Of a stretch of 64,000 nucleotides of DNA, positions 49,334 through 62,284 are shown in pieces. The notes under the pieces are model-generated. The model was not told where the DNA came from, did not search any database, and saw only the letters and a program-made list of their open reading frames with translations. Source of the stretch: Octopus sinensis (taxonomy: Eukaryota); contig NC_043007.1 in assembly GCF_006345805.1 (NCBI RefSeq), positions 22,878,001 to 22,942,000 on the forward strand. Direction: 5' to 3'. The position numbers and the translations under genes are program-made. The stretch's first letter is position 1, and each line of letters begins with the position of its first letter.

Positions 49334-51661
49334 TTTCACTGAAGTACAACGGGGGAAAGTACATTTACAACTAAATCAGCGAGAAATTAAGTTGGAAGCT
49401 ATGCAGAACTAGCTTAAATTGTAGAGAAAATAGAATTAATCGAAAGTCACAAAATAAAAATTCAGATGTAAAAAAAAAAAAATTTTTTAATTTAATCATT
49501 TAAAAGATAAGAAAAAATTACACGAATTCAACCAAGAGATATTCCTGGAAGCAAGTGAAGTTGAGGCAGGCGAATTCGTTAGGAAAAATCTATTCAATAC
49601 AAAACTGGCACACGGTTACAACGACGAAAGCTTCAGTTGATCCGATCAAAGGAACAGTTTGCTCGTGAAATTAATGCGCATGTGGCCGAGTACTCCACAA
49701 ACATGAATACTATTAACGCAGTTCTCGGGGAGATTCAGCACAACAGTGGGACAATACTAGTCCTTTGCATAACAGGTACAACTTCCTTTTTGCCAGCTGA
49801 GTGGATTGGGACTACGTGAAATAAAGTATTTTGCTCAAGGACAACTCGCAACTAGGAATCGAACTCGCGGCCTTACAATCGTGAGCCGATTACCCTAGCC
49901 ATTATACTACGCGCCTTCAATCAATACAAGTGAGAACCAATTTTAACCGAAAATTGCATTAAATATAATTAGTAAATCACTTGACAGTTCAACTGCTGCA
50001 AAAGGAACATTACCAAATGGGACAAAATCCTAGCGAAGATTTGAAAGAGCTGAAAAAAGGCCACCGTCGTGTCTATGGTGTTTTCACCACTTTACAACCG
50101 GCGTTGGTGCATTTACGTCCCATAATTTAGCGATTCGATAAAAGAGACTAACAGAATCAGCACCTGGGTAGGCTTATTCGACTAAAAATTCAAGGCGGTG
50201 CCCTACCACTATCGCTGTCTAATGACCGAAACAAATTAAAAGAAAAAAAATTACCCGGGATAGACATGGCTAAGGAAACTGCCCGTCGGATGACAAAGTC
50301 GGGAGTAGTCTTCGGGTGGAAATATTCCATTTTATTTTGATTTAAATTCATGACCGGAATACACAGCTCATGACCAATTTTGTCGTATAACTGAAATAAT
50401 GAAAAGAAAATTAATCGGAATCAAAAGGGCTCCATTTTAAAAACGGAAAAAAAAGAATCTTCACAGCAGACTCACCACAGTAAGAGAGAATGGGGTGGGG
50501 TGAAAAACAACCTTGCGCCAGATTAAAAACCATGCTCTCACCTGCTGAAAGGAAATGTCAGCGTCTTGAAACCTATGTGTCAAAATTTCTCCTAACCAAT
50601 CATGAAATCTACGGCCGTCTTTCCACCCAAGCGCCTCTTCGTGGCTAACATTGGGGGTATATTGAAGATCTGAAATGGAAATTAGAAGGCTGGAAATTCG
50701 ATACGAAATATTCAGTCCTAGAATATACCCAAATAATCATCATTTTCAGTCAATTATCCACGGTGTACGATACACAGTTCATTCATAGCAATCAAACTTG
50801 ATTTGTAGACTTTCGGAGCCCGTTAGTAAGTTAGTCAAGAAGGTCTAAATTTCGTACATTCCGAACAGTAAAATTTCTAATCAACGGTGAATGAGATTAA
50901 CGAAATGTAATTCGTCAACTGAAAAGGAAAGAAGAAAAAAAAGCTTACCGACAGTCAAGCTTTGCAGGTGCATATCAAGTAGAGACTGCACAGAATTTGC
51001 ATCATAACCAATAGCCAAGAGGCAAGCTACGATAGCACCGCTACCCATTCCTGCGAATCGCTTAATATTATAGAGAATACCGACTTTTTCGAGGACCTGT
51101 TGGATTGTGAAAGGAAGAAACTTAAGACGATACACGAAGAGATGGAACTGCAAAATTTAATTTTTATATTGAAAAATATTTCTTTAAAAAATTACAATAA
51201 AGGCCGAAAACGCCTTTATATCTCTTTGTTATAGGCATATAGCCTGAAAACACATAGTGGACATTACAAAATTTAGGGTACATATAATAAATGATTAATA
51301 TGAAATGAGTTATTTGTAATGGAATGGCTTACTAGCCCCCCCCCCCAAAGCTCGCAGTTTCATTTTACAGTTCTTTTATACAGTTTGTAATACAGCTGAA
51401 AATGCCTTTAGACAGAATCAGGACCAGCGAATTCAATAAACTTAACAATTTTTTTTTTTTTAGAGAAATATCAAAGATGTTGGGGGAAAATACCTTCAGA
51501 GTTCCAACAAAAGCATAGCCTTTAACACCGCATCCTTCGAAGACAAGGTTTGTGAATGGATAACGTTTACCGATTAGATCAGTTACAGGCAGAAGCCCTG
51601 GGCTAGCTTCAGAGCCAATGTCACGTGGGGCGCTTGCGTTACACGACAGTGATAATCCCAT
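45916..51661 (-). CDS. Patatin-like (ExoU/VipD-like) protein, gene C, predicted catalytically inactive, 506 aa, 13 exons
   Basis: Minus-strand exons 51661-51494, 51096-50949, 50669-50542, 50390-50255, 49185-49087, 49009-48885, 48683-48586, 48463-48379, 47898-47827, 47691-47590, 47333-47178, 46204-46109 and 46023-45916. All are GT-AG and in phase (1521 nt). Motifs: NLVFEGCGVKG, KRFAGMGSG, YMDGGIICNYPIHCFDGWWLSM, RTVGIYTGHV. AATAAA(-) at 45760-45765. Confidence 0.9.
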
Positions 51662-51700
51662 GCTGCTTGGTTTCGCTATTTTGCACACCATCTAACATGG

Positions 51701-51710
51701 TTTATATATA
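51701..51710 (-). promoter_or_regulatory. Candidate TATA box of gene C
   Basis: TATATATAAA on the minus strand, 40 nt upstream of the MGLSLS ATG (CAGCATGG context). Confidence 0.5.
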
Positions 51711-51865
51711 GGCCAAATGCAGATCTGGAAAGGTACCATTTGAAAATAGTTTCGTCCATTTATAATGCTATTTAACTCGTACGAAATCTAATTCTATAAG
51801 TAAAATTATAGTTACTAAGGCCGTGTGTTCAATTCCACTTAACAGCTATTTTAATTATTATTGGT

Positions 51866-54585
51866 TGATTTTTTTTATTACCCACAAGGGGCGAACAAAG
51901 AGGGGACAACACAATCTGATTTGGGGTCAGACTATCGGATGATTTTACATATATGATGAAATTAAAAATTTTAATACAATAAAATCGGATGAGAGGTGAG
52001 ACCGGAAGACATTACGGATGGAGTGAGGGGGCGGGTTTAGCTCGGACCTCACGAGTCCCCCCTCCCTCGCCACTGATACCTTGGTTTCATCCTGTCCCAC
52101 ATTCATGTGGTACCATTCATACGCAACATCTGTGCTACATACTTCCATCGTTTTTTGAACACTTTCTCAGTCAGGCATTTTCTCTCCAGCCCTATTTTCC
52201 TTTTCAGGTGGAAGATGAAGTAATTCATCAATCCAGGGCCAGAGATGAAATTGCCTGACTCTATACCTTTCAGCCTCGTCTTCCAAATCACCTCTCTCGC
52301 AATTGCAACTACACTGAGAAAACAATTCTTACCTTCTTTCAAGAGGAAATCCGGAGGGTCAATTTTTATAATAGACTCAGTCGACAGCTGTACTCTTCGT
52401 GTGTTTGTCAACGGTTGTTCGGCATAAACCCATACCTCTGACACCTCCGGACATTGAACAATAGCGTGCGAGACGGTTTCCCTATCCCGCTCGCATCTTG
52501 GACATGTCGGATTGGCTCGGCCACCATGCCTTACGAGTTTGTCCCGAACAGGTAAGGCTCCTCTGTAACACTGCCATGCCAGAGACTTCTGAAAGTTGTC
52601 CAGGGTCTTCGGCCTGAATGTACGTCGGAACAGACTGGCCAACTGATTATCGTCGAGACCTAGGGTTTCCACTAAAGTATCTTCACATTTCGCCTCTACC
52701 AGCCCTCTATAGAAGAATGTGGTGGAACCCCCACCGCAGGCGTTGCCCGAGCGACGGAATAGCAGGAGAGCCTTGCGACACTCCGTAAACCATGTGCCCA
52801 GTTTCGATCTTCGATTCAACCAGGCTTCCCGTCCACCGAAACTAGTGAACTTGGAAAACATCAGTTTAGCTAGCAGAGACCACACCCGTTCACCATCCAG
52901 GTAGAGCCACAGATGCCTCAACCTCAGTGCATGTCAGCGCATCAACAGCCAAGGCATCCCTAGCCCACCCTTTAACGGTTGTTGACAGTAAGTAGAGCGT
53001 TTCACAAGCGGTTTCCAGCCCCTCCACAAAAAGTGAAAGAGCTGTCTTTCCAGCTTGGTCAACCACGAATCAGGGCAAGGAACGACGGATAGGCGGTAGG
53101 TAATGACCGATGCGATAAACACATTGGCTACCTCCGCCCTTCCTTCCAGGGATAGCCACCGCCAAGACCAGGTCTTGACTACTGCAGCCACCCTGCCCGA
53201 TACCTCGGCCCAGTTCTTCTCTATTTGGAGGTCTGGTCCAAACCAAACCCCTAGCAACTTAATCGGACTCTCCGTCCAACGTCCCACGACGCTGTCGGGA
53301 GGCATCGACTTGCCTCTCCAGGTGCCGAGCTGCAAGCCGACTGACTTTTCACGATTAACTTTTGTTCCTGCCAACGTCTCGTAAACCTCTATGGCCTTGC
53401 CTACCCTCTGTAGGTGATCCATTTCGGTTACGTAGTCTGACACCGATTTTCCACAACCTGGCTGTCTCGGGATGCCGCTCAATTTTCGCAGTAATGGCTC
53501 AAGAGCCATCACGTACAAAAGCGGGGAGAGCGGACACCCTTGACGAACCAAGCGTTTGATGTTGAACGGCTTCGAAAAGAAACCGTTCACCCGAACTACC
53601 GAGTCGATGTTGTCATAAATCTGAATGATCCACCTGAGGAAGCCAAGGCCCAGGCCGAACTGTGCCAGAACGGACACCAGGTAGCGATGGTCAACCCTAC
53701 CAAAAGCTTTAGATAGGTCTAAATGGACCAGTGCCCCATCCTTGCCAGAATCACTATTAAACCCCTCTAAAGTGTACCGCATAAGATGGAGATTATCCTG
53801 AATGGTTCTGCCAGGAACGGCACATGTCTGTGCCTCCCCGATCAGACCATCCGCGACACGCGCCAATCTTTTCGATAACACTTTGGCCAAAATCTTTAAC
53901 TCTGTGTTTAGCAGAGTGATGGGCCGGAAATTATCAATACAATCCCCCTTGTTCGGGTCCTTTCTGACAAGCGTCACTACTCCCCGGTGCACAGATATGG
54001 GAATAAACCCGTTCTGCTGCCAGTTCGTGTAGACATCCGCCAGTAGGTGCCCGAACAAGTCTGGCATGCTATTATATAACTCATAGGGTAGACCATCCTG
54101 ACCTGGCGCCTTACCCGCGCCGTAGTCCGCCATAGCCTCTTCCACCTCCTCAGGCGTGATCGGCCCTTCACAGCTCTCCGCGTCTCGCCCCGATAGGCGC
54201 GGCAGCCCGTCGAGGAGGTCCGTAAAGTCCCTCCTACTGTCCGGTCCGTCGCCCCCACCGAAAAGCTGAGCGAAGTGCTCCTGAAAGGCCTCACACATCT
54301 CCTCGGGTTCGTCTATCAACTTACCTTGTTGGTTCGTCAAAGATCGAATTGTGGCATCATTACCACGTTTAGCCTCCACCACTCGGGCCCATCCTGCGGC
54401 CTTCATTCCCTCACAACCCACTGCGCGGATCCTAGCCCTGACAATACAGCCCATGTGTTTGGCCTCGAGGTGCTGGTTTAACGCCAGTCTCTTGGCCGTC
54501 ACTTGAGCCGTAGAGCCAGTTTTCATGGCTTCCTCTAATTCCTTAACTAGAGTTGATCCCCTCATAGCCTCTCTAGCCACTAATC
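51866..54585 (-). mobile_element. 5'-truncated Tx1/L1-clade non-LTR retrotransposon (ORF2 RT plus C-terminal zf-RVT), inactive
   Basis: ORFs 54580-52934 (GKAPGQDGLPYE, NFRPITLLNTELKILAK, LDLSKAFGRV, VRQGCPLSPLLY) and 52921-52103 (WQCYRGALPVRDKL...CPRC...ETVSHAIVQC). The YADD motif is deleted (KSVSDYVTE) and there is a frameshift near 52930. The 3' UTR ends in poly(A). Confidence 0.92.
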
Positions 54586-55820
54586 ATATGCTATATCTAG
54601 ACTTTGCCTTTCATCCTTTCAGGGTCGATAAATTAAGTACCAGTTACGCACTGGGATTGATGGAATCTACTTAATCGCTTTGTCTGTCCTTGTTTGTCCC
54701 CTCTGTGTTTGGCCCCTTGTGGGTAGTAAAGAAATATATATCTAATAGACTCGAATTTAATGGCCCGCTTGAGAGCATACCACCATTTATTATCCTGTAG
54801 ATATGAAAGTCTTTTGAAGTCGTTTTTTCAACTCGTTTGGCAGTTGGGATAACTGCCAAACGGTTGACCAGTCTATTATTTGAGGCCTTTATGGCTATGT
54901 ATATGTTTTCTTTCTTTTTTAAATTCACTTTGGGAGGGGTGGACTAGCTATTTTAATTATTATTGGTGTCTTACTGGCGGGGCAGAAGCAAATTTGCGTC
55001 CAATCAATCCTGGTATTCAGGCAGTGGATTACTAGATTCATTAAGACGATGCGATATTTAATTACGGTCGTTTACGTTCTACGTTCAAATCTCGCCGAGG
55101 TCAACTTTACTTTTCATTTTTCTGTGGTCGAAAAATAAAATAATAGTGAGATACTACGGGTTGATAGAATTGACTATAACTGTATCCATTTTGGAGACAG
55201 GTATATGTGGTATATTTAGACGGCGAGCTGGCAGAAACGTTAGCACGCCGAGCGGAATGCGTAGCCGTATTTCGTCTGTCGTTACGTTGTGAGTTCAAAT
55301 TCCGCCGAGGTCGACTTTGCCTTTCATCCTTTCGGGGTCGATAAATTAAGTACCAGTTACGCACTGGGGTCGATATAATCGACTTAATACATATGTCTGT
55401 CTTTGTTTGTCCCCTGCACATTACCATATCTCTGTCTATGGTCTACTACTACAATAGGAACATGCAGATCGAAATTAACTTGTTTTTACTTCCCATGCTC
55501 TAGGATTTTATCACCTGCCCGTCGAGGCAAGGTATTGTATAATGTAACGGTAAGCATAAATATTTTCTTTACAACTTCAATCACTGCTCTTTTTGCTTTA
55601 CATAATGGTAATCAACGAATAACCAATCTTTACAAACTAATTACGACGCCGACATTCTATCCTACTGTGTATCAACTATCGTTTATCATATTATTGTTTA
55701 CAAATCTATTTCAATCGAAACAAATCAATCACAACAGTAACAAACTCAATTTCATCCGATACAAATCAATCACAACAGTAACAAACTCAATTCATCCGAT
55801 ACAAACTAATCTTTATCCGT

Positions 55821-55894
<74 letters not shown>

Positions 55895-56859
55895 CTCTCT
55901 TTTACACTTTTACTCGTTTCAGTCATTTGACTGCGGCCATGCTGGAGCACCACCTTTTTTTTTTTTAATCGAGCAACTCGACGCCGGGACTTATTCTTTT
56001 GTAAGCCCAGTACTTATTCTATCGGTCTCTTTTGCCGAACCGCTAAGTAACGGGGACATAAACACACCAGCATCGGTTGTCAAGCAATGCTAGGGGGGGA
56101 CAAACACAGACACGCATATATATACATAAATATATACGACGGGCTTCTTTCAGTTTCCGTCTACCAAATTCATTCACAAGGCTTATATAATAAAAATAAA
56201 TGCGCCCTTTTAAAGCCTAGCCAGGCTCATGGGCCCGGTTTCCCGGTTTCTATGGAGTGTTCCCCACCTGGATGGGACGCCAGTCCATTGCAGCGTTACC
56301 CATTTTTGCCAGCTGAGTGGACTGGAGCAACGTGAAATGAAGTGTTTTGCTCAAGAACACAATGCATCGGCCGGTCCAGGAATCGAAACCACATTCTTAC
56401 GATCATGATGCTGACACCCTAACCACTAAGCCATGCGCCTCCACACACACATTCTAGTCATTTGACTGCAGCCATGCTGGAGCACCCCCTTAAAGGGTTT
56501 TAGTTGAATAAATCAACACCAGGACATACTTTTGTAAGCCTAGCACTTATTCTATCGGTGTCTATCTTTTGCTGCACCGCTAAGTTACAGGGACGTAAAT
56601 ACAACCACATCGGTTGTCAAACAATGGTAGTGGAAACAAACACAAACATACACACACACACATATATATATATATTGTTTTTTGTCTTTGTTGTCGTACA
56701 CATTCGCTTGTTTTTTCCCAAAATATTCAATGATCTTAGCTTAGATTTTGGGGGCCAGCCAGATTTGAACAGGCTCGAATGTAAGAATAATCTGGAAACT
56801 TGACTGAAGAAAGACGGCCACGAATGACCCCTCCTTGTTTTGTCCTGTCCATCTATCAG

Positions 56860-57150
56860 TTCAGATGTTTTGTCACATCCGATCGTGGCCGTGCCAGCCT
56901 CCGTGCCGGTGACATGTAAAAAACACCATCCGAGCGTGGCCGTTCGCCTCGTCTGGCATCTGTGTCGGTGGCACATAAAAAGCACCCACTACACTCACGG
57001 AGTGGTTGGTGTTAGGAAGGGCATCCAGCTGTAGAAACACCACCAGATCTGACTGGCCTGGTACAGCCTTCGGGCTTCCCAGACCCCAGTTGAACCGTCC
57101 AACCCATGCTAGCATGGAAAGCGGACGTTAAACGATGATTATGATGATGA
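56860..57150 (+). mobile_element. SINE/LINE-tail repeat ending in (GAT)n (…GGAAGGGCATCCAGCTGTAGAAAC…CCCATGCTAGCATGGAAAGCGGACGTTAAA)
   Basis: Related copies at 1-70 and about 58935-59090. Confidence 0.7.
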
Positions 57151-58285
57151 TGATCTCCCCTCTCAATGATGAAACACTTCTAGCTATCTTTGGCAGGCAG
57201 CTGCAACACCACTTTTTCTCAGTTGCAGCTCAAGATGGAGCTTAACCCTTTCGTTACCAACCTGGCCAAAACCGGCTCTGACTCTGTAGTACAAATGTCT
57301 TGTTTTCATAAGTTCTGAATTAAAATCTCCCATCAAACCTTAATCACAATTTATGTTCCTAACACTAGCTTAATGATAACTAAGTTAATTTACTAAATTC
57401 TTTATGTTTAAAATAATTGAAAGAAACACAGAGCATCTCAATATAAATACAGTAACTAAAGGGTTAAGGGGTAAACCAAACCATGCTAAAAGTGAGAATG
57501 TATCAGTGAGATGTATTTTCCAAACCATTTAGCAGAGCAATAACTCCAAATAAGACCTGACTTGGGCCATTCCTGATACAGTCCACCCTCTGCCAACATG
57601 GAGATATGAGGATGACTTTAACAGCCTGGAAAATTCTAACATTTTTTAAAAAATCAAAAACATTTAACCTAAAGGTATCCAATAGTTTGTACTTGGGCTT
57701 TGGACATTGCAAAACAAAAACACATAAAAAATTAGAACTTTTATTGAAAATGTAGCATATTTGAATTTTATAGTTTTCATTTACATATTTCTTTATTAAA
57801 TATTGGAAAAAAAAAAAAAAACAACAGATGTTGAAATATAAAAAGCCATAAATATTAACCTGTATTGAAAGCTTAGAAGCTTTAACTTTGCAGCCAAGGT
57901 CAAGACAACTTCCACATGCCAGCAGATAAAAAAAAAAAAAATGATAAAATGATGTAACTAAAAAAAATAATAGATCAGAACTAATTGTGAAGAATTTGAG
58001 TCACTCCTAAAAAGGGTCACACGGGATCTTTTTTCAATCATTTCACATTATTTCCCAATCCTGACAACTGGGTCATTCAATTTATTTGTTTCTATATTTT
58101 ATTTATTTTTTTTTTGTCAGGCCTTTACACTACAAAATGATGTAAAGACTTGACTAAAATCAAATTTGTAGAATAGAAACATTCTTTGGAATATTAAGAC
58201 TTTGGGCATTTGTTCATTATTAACCCGCACCTTGTGTTATTTTGTTTGCTGACCCTTTCATTGTGACAAAAAATAGTCAAAAAAT

Positions 58286-58685
58286 AGGCGCAGGAGTGGT
58301 TGTATGGTAAGTAGCTTGTCTACCAACCACATGGTTGCGGGTTCAGTCCCACTGCGTGGCACCTTGGGCAAGTGTCTTCTACTATAGCCTCGGGCCGACC
58401 AAAGCCTTGTGAGTCGATTTGGTAGATGGAAACTGAAAGAAGCCCGTCGTATATATGTATATATATGTTTGCGAGTGTGTATTTGTGTGTCTGTGTTTGT
58501 CCCCCTAGCATTGCTTGACAACCGATGCTGGTGTGCTTATGTCCCCGTTACTTAGCGGTTCGGCAAAAGAGACCGATAGAATAAGTACTGGGCTTACAAA
58601 AGAATAAGTCCCGGGGTCGAGTTGCTCGACTAAAGGCGGTGCTCCAGCATGGCCGCAGTCAAATGACTGACACAAGTAAAAGAAT
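58286..58685 (+). mobile_element. tRNA-derived SINE family B (AGGCGCAGGAGTGGCTGTGTGGTAAG...CAAGTAAAAGAGTA), representative full copy
   Basis: Copies at about 12490-12805(-), 14066-14400(+), 16768-17128(-), 22080-22496(-), 23975-24310(-), 41040-41822(+), 42590-42780(-) and 55895-56185(-). Confidence 0.85.
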
Positions 58686-61019
58686 AAAAGAAAAGAAAAA
58701 GAATTTGAGGTTAATTTTGGAGAATTTGTTTGGAAACTGAGGATAGTGACCACAAAATAGAATTTTAAAGAAAATCCTTGTTGTCCCATTGACTAGGTGG
58801 TCCTGAAATGAGTGAACCAAGGTAAAATTGCAGGGATGGTGGGCATTTATGGTGATGATGATATTGCAAATAAACATCCATCAGAAAGAATTCTTTAAGA
58901 AAATAAATTAAAATTGGAATAAATAATTGAGACATTGGCGTTAGGAAGGGCATCCAGCTGTAGAAACTCTGCCAGATCAGATTGGAGTCTGGTGCAGCCA
59001 TCTGGTTTGCCAAACCTCAGTCAAATCGTCCAACCCATGCTAGCATGGAGGAAAGTGGACGTTAAACAATGATGATGATGATGATGATTGTTCCCATTTT
59101 GAAATGCAAGGTAATAATAAAGAGCCAAATTTTGAGAGTGGTCAGCATTTCAACTGATTCTTCATTAAGATTGGCTGAAATGACACATTGATGATTAAAT
59201 GAGTCTGGCCAATTCCAGGCCATACATAAAAAGTCCTCCAGAATTCTGTGTGTAGGTGGAGGAACAGACTGTAAATGTGATTTAAGGTTTGAGGTTAGCC
59301 AATAAGGAAAAGAACTATTAGTGATTTTTGTGAAGGTCCCTGCCCAAAACATCACATATTTTTAGTATATTTTATTTTAAATATTTTGTACTATCACTGG
59401 TTTCCAAGAACTGAAGACAGAGAGAGTGAAAGTTTTCTTATCTGTAATTTCAATACAATTGTTCTACAGTTGTGTTCATGCTACAGTAGAATTTGTCCTT
59501 CTCTACATCTCTGAATGCTGGTCTCTTACAGTGGCCCAACAATGCTCACTACATGGCATGAATACTTGACTTCTGCGCAAGGCTTTTAACAGTTCTTAAG
59601 CTGACCATATATCAAACAAGTCGCTGTATCAATCCTCTGCCACTTGTCAGCCAGACAATCAGAGATGGCTAAAATTTTGCAGGACACTGTTTCTTATTTC
59701 TTTACTGCCCACAAAGAGCTAAACACAGAAGGGACAAACAATGACAGACAAATGGATTAAGTCGATTATATTGACCCCAGTGTGTAACTGGTACTTATTT
59801 AATCGCCCCCGAAAGGATGAAAGGCAAAGTCGACCGTAGCAGAATTTGAACTCAGAACATAGTGGCAGACGAAATACTGCTAAGCTTTTTGCTCGGAGTG
59901 CTAATGTTTCTACCAGCTCGACACCTGTTTCTGTCAAACCTGTCACTGTACTTTTTTTCTATAACCCCGTAAGTCAGGCCAGTATGACGTATATCCATGA
60001 GCTTATGCAAAACAAAGAACTATGCACTGTCTCACAGCTGGTACATACAATGTCATCTTGTACAGCCCAGAGGGAAATTTGCTCACAAGTTGGTGGGAGA
60101 GGGGATCAATGTCCAAGAGCGATGTGGCATACACTATGAAGAAGTGAAGCTACAGAATTCTCATGGCTTGTCTAAAACTAATTTACAAAGTGGTTATTGC
60201 ATTGAACATTCCTCTAAATGTATCATGGTATAAAGACAGTCTTAAACACTTCCAGTTTTAAAACTATCAAAAAGAATTAAAGAAAGAACTTGTGATGATA
60301 TAAAAGCTCAGCATTGAGTGGTTTTCTCGAAGGCAGCAGCAGTACCCAGTTTCAACATTTTTTTATGATTCAACAAATAAAAATATACAAAATATAAATT
60401 TCAAATGAAAAACAAGTATTTGAAGTTCTGTTTCAGAGATTCTGTACACTTCATAACCATTTGAAGACACCCTACATAAGGTTTTTAACTGTCTACTAAA
60501 GACTCTCTAAAGATGACTTGAATTCAATACTAGAAACTGACAAAAACACTTGTTAGCTGTAAAGTGCTCCCACTGTCAACAAGCAGATTGTACTTGTTTA
60601 CAGCTGGGTACGTGATGTTGATGTCTTTGTCCAGTCTGCGTGTGATTCCATAATTTGTTAGAGAGGCACGAGTCATACATTTTTTGTCAGGGAGGCAGAG
60701 ATGGTAGTGGGGAATGTCTTTAATGGAATTAAGTTTCGGACATGAATGTTATCGTGGTTTTAGAATACAACACTTTTTAGAGTTCTGTTACAACCTGCAG
60801 GGATATTGAACACTATACCCTTGTGTTTTAAGAGGCAACTGGAGTAGACAATAGGAAATGTATCTGACCATAAAAAATATTGCCTCACAAAGAGAAAAAC
60901 CATGATGAGAGAAGATACGCATGGAGTTTTATGATGTCAATTCCACTTTAACAAGAATTTGTCTTAAAATGAATGATGCCATCACTATTATTAGTCATAA
61001 TAATTAGTCACCAAGTCCT

Positions 61020-61672
61020 TTGTGAGCTGCTCTCCGGCTATCTATCTGCGGCTTTATATAGCTATGGTACGACCTCACCTGGAATTTGCATCACCGGTCT
61101 GGAACCCCTATCTTGCCCAGGATATTAATTGTCTGGAAGCTGTTCAGCGACGTGCAACCAAGAGAATACCCTCCATCAGGCATTTGCCATATTCTGAGCG
61201 CCTTACTTCCCTGGGCATGGATAAATTGAAACTCCGACGTCTGGCAGCCGACTTGGCAGACACCCATAAAATTATTAACCATCTTACAAACAATAACTCT
61301 TAGCATCTTTTCAAACTCCACCCGCCTAACACCCGTGGACATGTTTACAAAGTCAGAAAACAGCACAGCTCCCATGACTTTCAGAAACATTTTTTCTTGC
61401 TAAGAGTTGCTGAAGCATGGAACAAACTGCCGGCATCAGTTGTTAGTTGTTGGAGCACTGCATCCTTCAAAACTTCCATGCTTTCTGAGATTCGCCAACA
61501 CTACACCTGATTTTCTCCCCTCCATACATACGCAAGCATGTATCTGACTCATACACTGTTCACTTTCCAGACATTTGTACATTACTGTATATGCTTTATA
61601 CACACTTTTGACAAGTTGTGGTGCACCTGAGCACTGTATACAATAATTTCATCATTATTATTATTATTATAA
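61020..61672 (+). mobile_element. CR1-clade LINE 3' fragment with 3' UTR and (ATT)n tail
   Basis: LYIAMVRPHLEFASPVWNPY...LEAVQRRATK...YSERLTSLG...LRRLAADL...NTRGH...FF..RVAEAWNKLP is the classic CR1 ORF2 C-terminus. Confidence 0.9.
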
Positions 61673-62284
61673 TATCATCAAAACTTTTAGTATTTTTATT
61701 GACATCAAGGCAGTGAAGAAGAGCAAACAAAATTCTAAACCTTCCAGTTGAATTAAAACTCTGAATATGGAGAACTGGAATGGTGGAAAGCAGCATCTAT
61801 TACAGCACTGTATAGCCTTCAGTACAGATAATGTCGTCTTATACAGCCATAAAAGATTCACAGACAAATGTACAAGAATGAAACTGAAACTAGTCATTGT
61901 TTAGCCCTAGGTAGCTTTGATCAAGTAGATCTATGATCAAAGACAAACTAGTTATGACCATCCATTCTTTTTATATGTTACTGTGCAATGAATTTTGTTT
62001 TTAAGACACTGGGATGTCCTATGAGGAAGATTTTGCTAGCTATTTCTAGAGGGTAAGTGACTGCATAGCGGCTTCCTTATTGAAACTAGTTTTCAGACCA
62101 GGCATATAGGAGTTTACCACAGAATACTAGCTACTTTTGTTGAGGCACAAGTCTGTGACTGAGGAGGCACATGGTTGTCTTCTGATCACATGGCTGCAAA
62201 ATCAGACACAAAACTTTATTTTTTTTTTAAAGAAACAAGCAATGAAGGCTTGTAACATTTTGAGATAAAAATGAAGTCTTAGAT

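Noticed and set aside
55728-55805. Short tandem duplications (41 bp here; also 29758-29808 and 47764-47801)
   Set aside because: These are two-copy slippage events in non-coding DNA with no further structure.
57503-57712. Minus-strand ORF with a plausible internal acceptor (TTTTCCAG)
   Set aside because: No recognisable homology and no partner exons, so it cannot be supported without RNA data.
60520-60745. About 75 open codons on the minus strand (…HYHLCLPDKKCMTRASLTNYGITRR…)
   Set aside because: Bounded by stops, with no in-frame splice acceptor or known motif.
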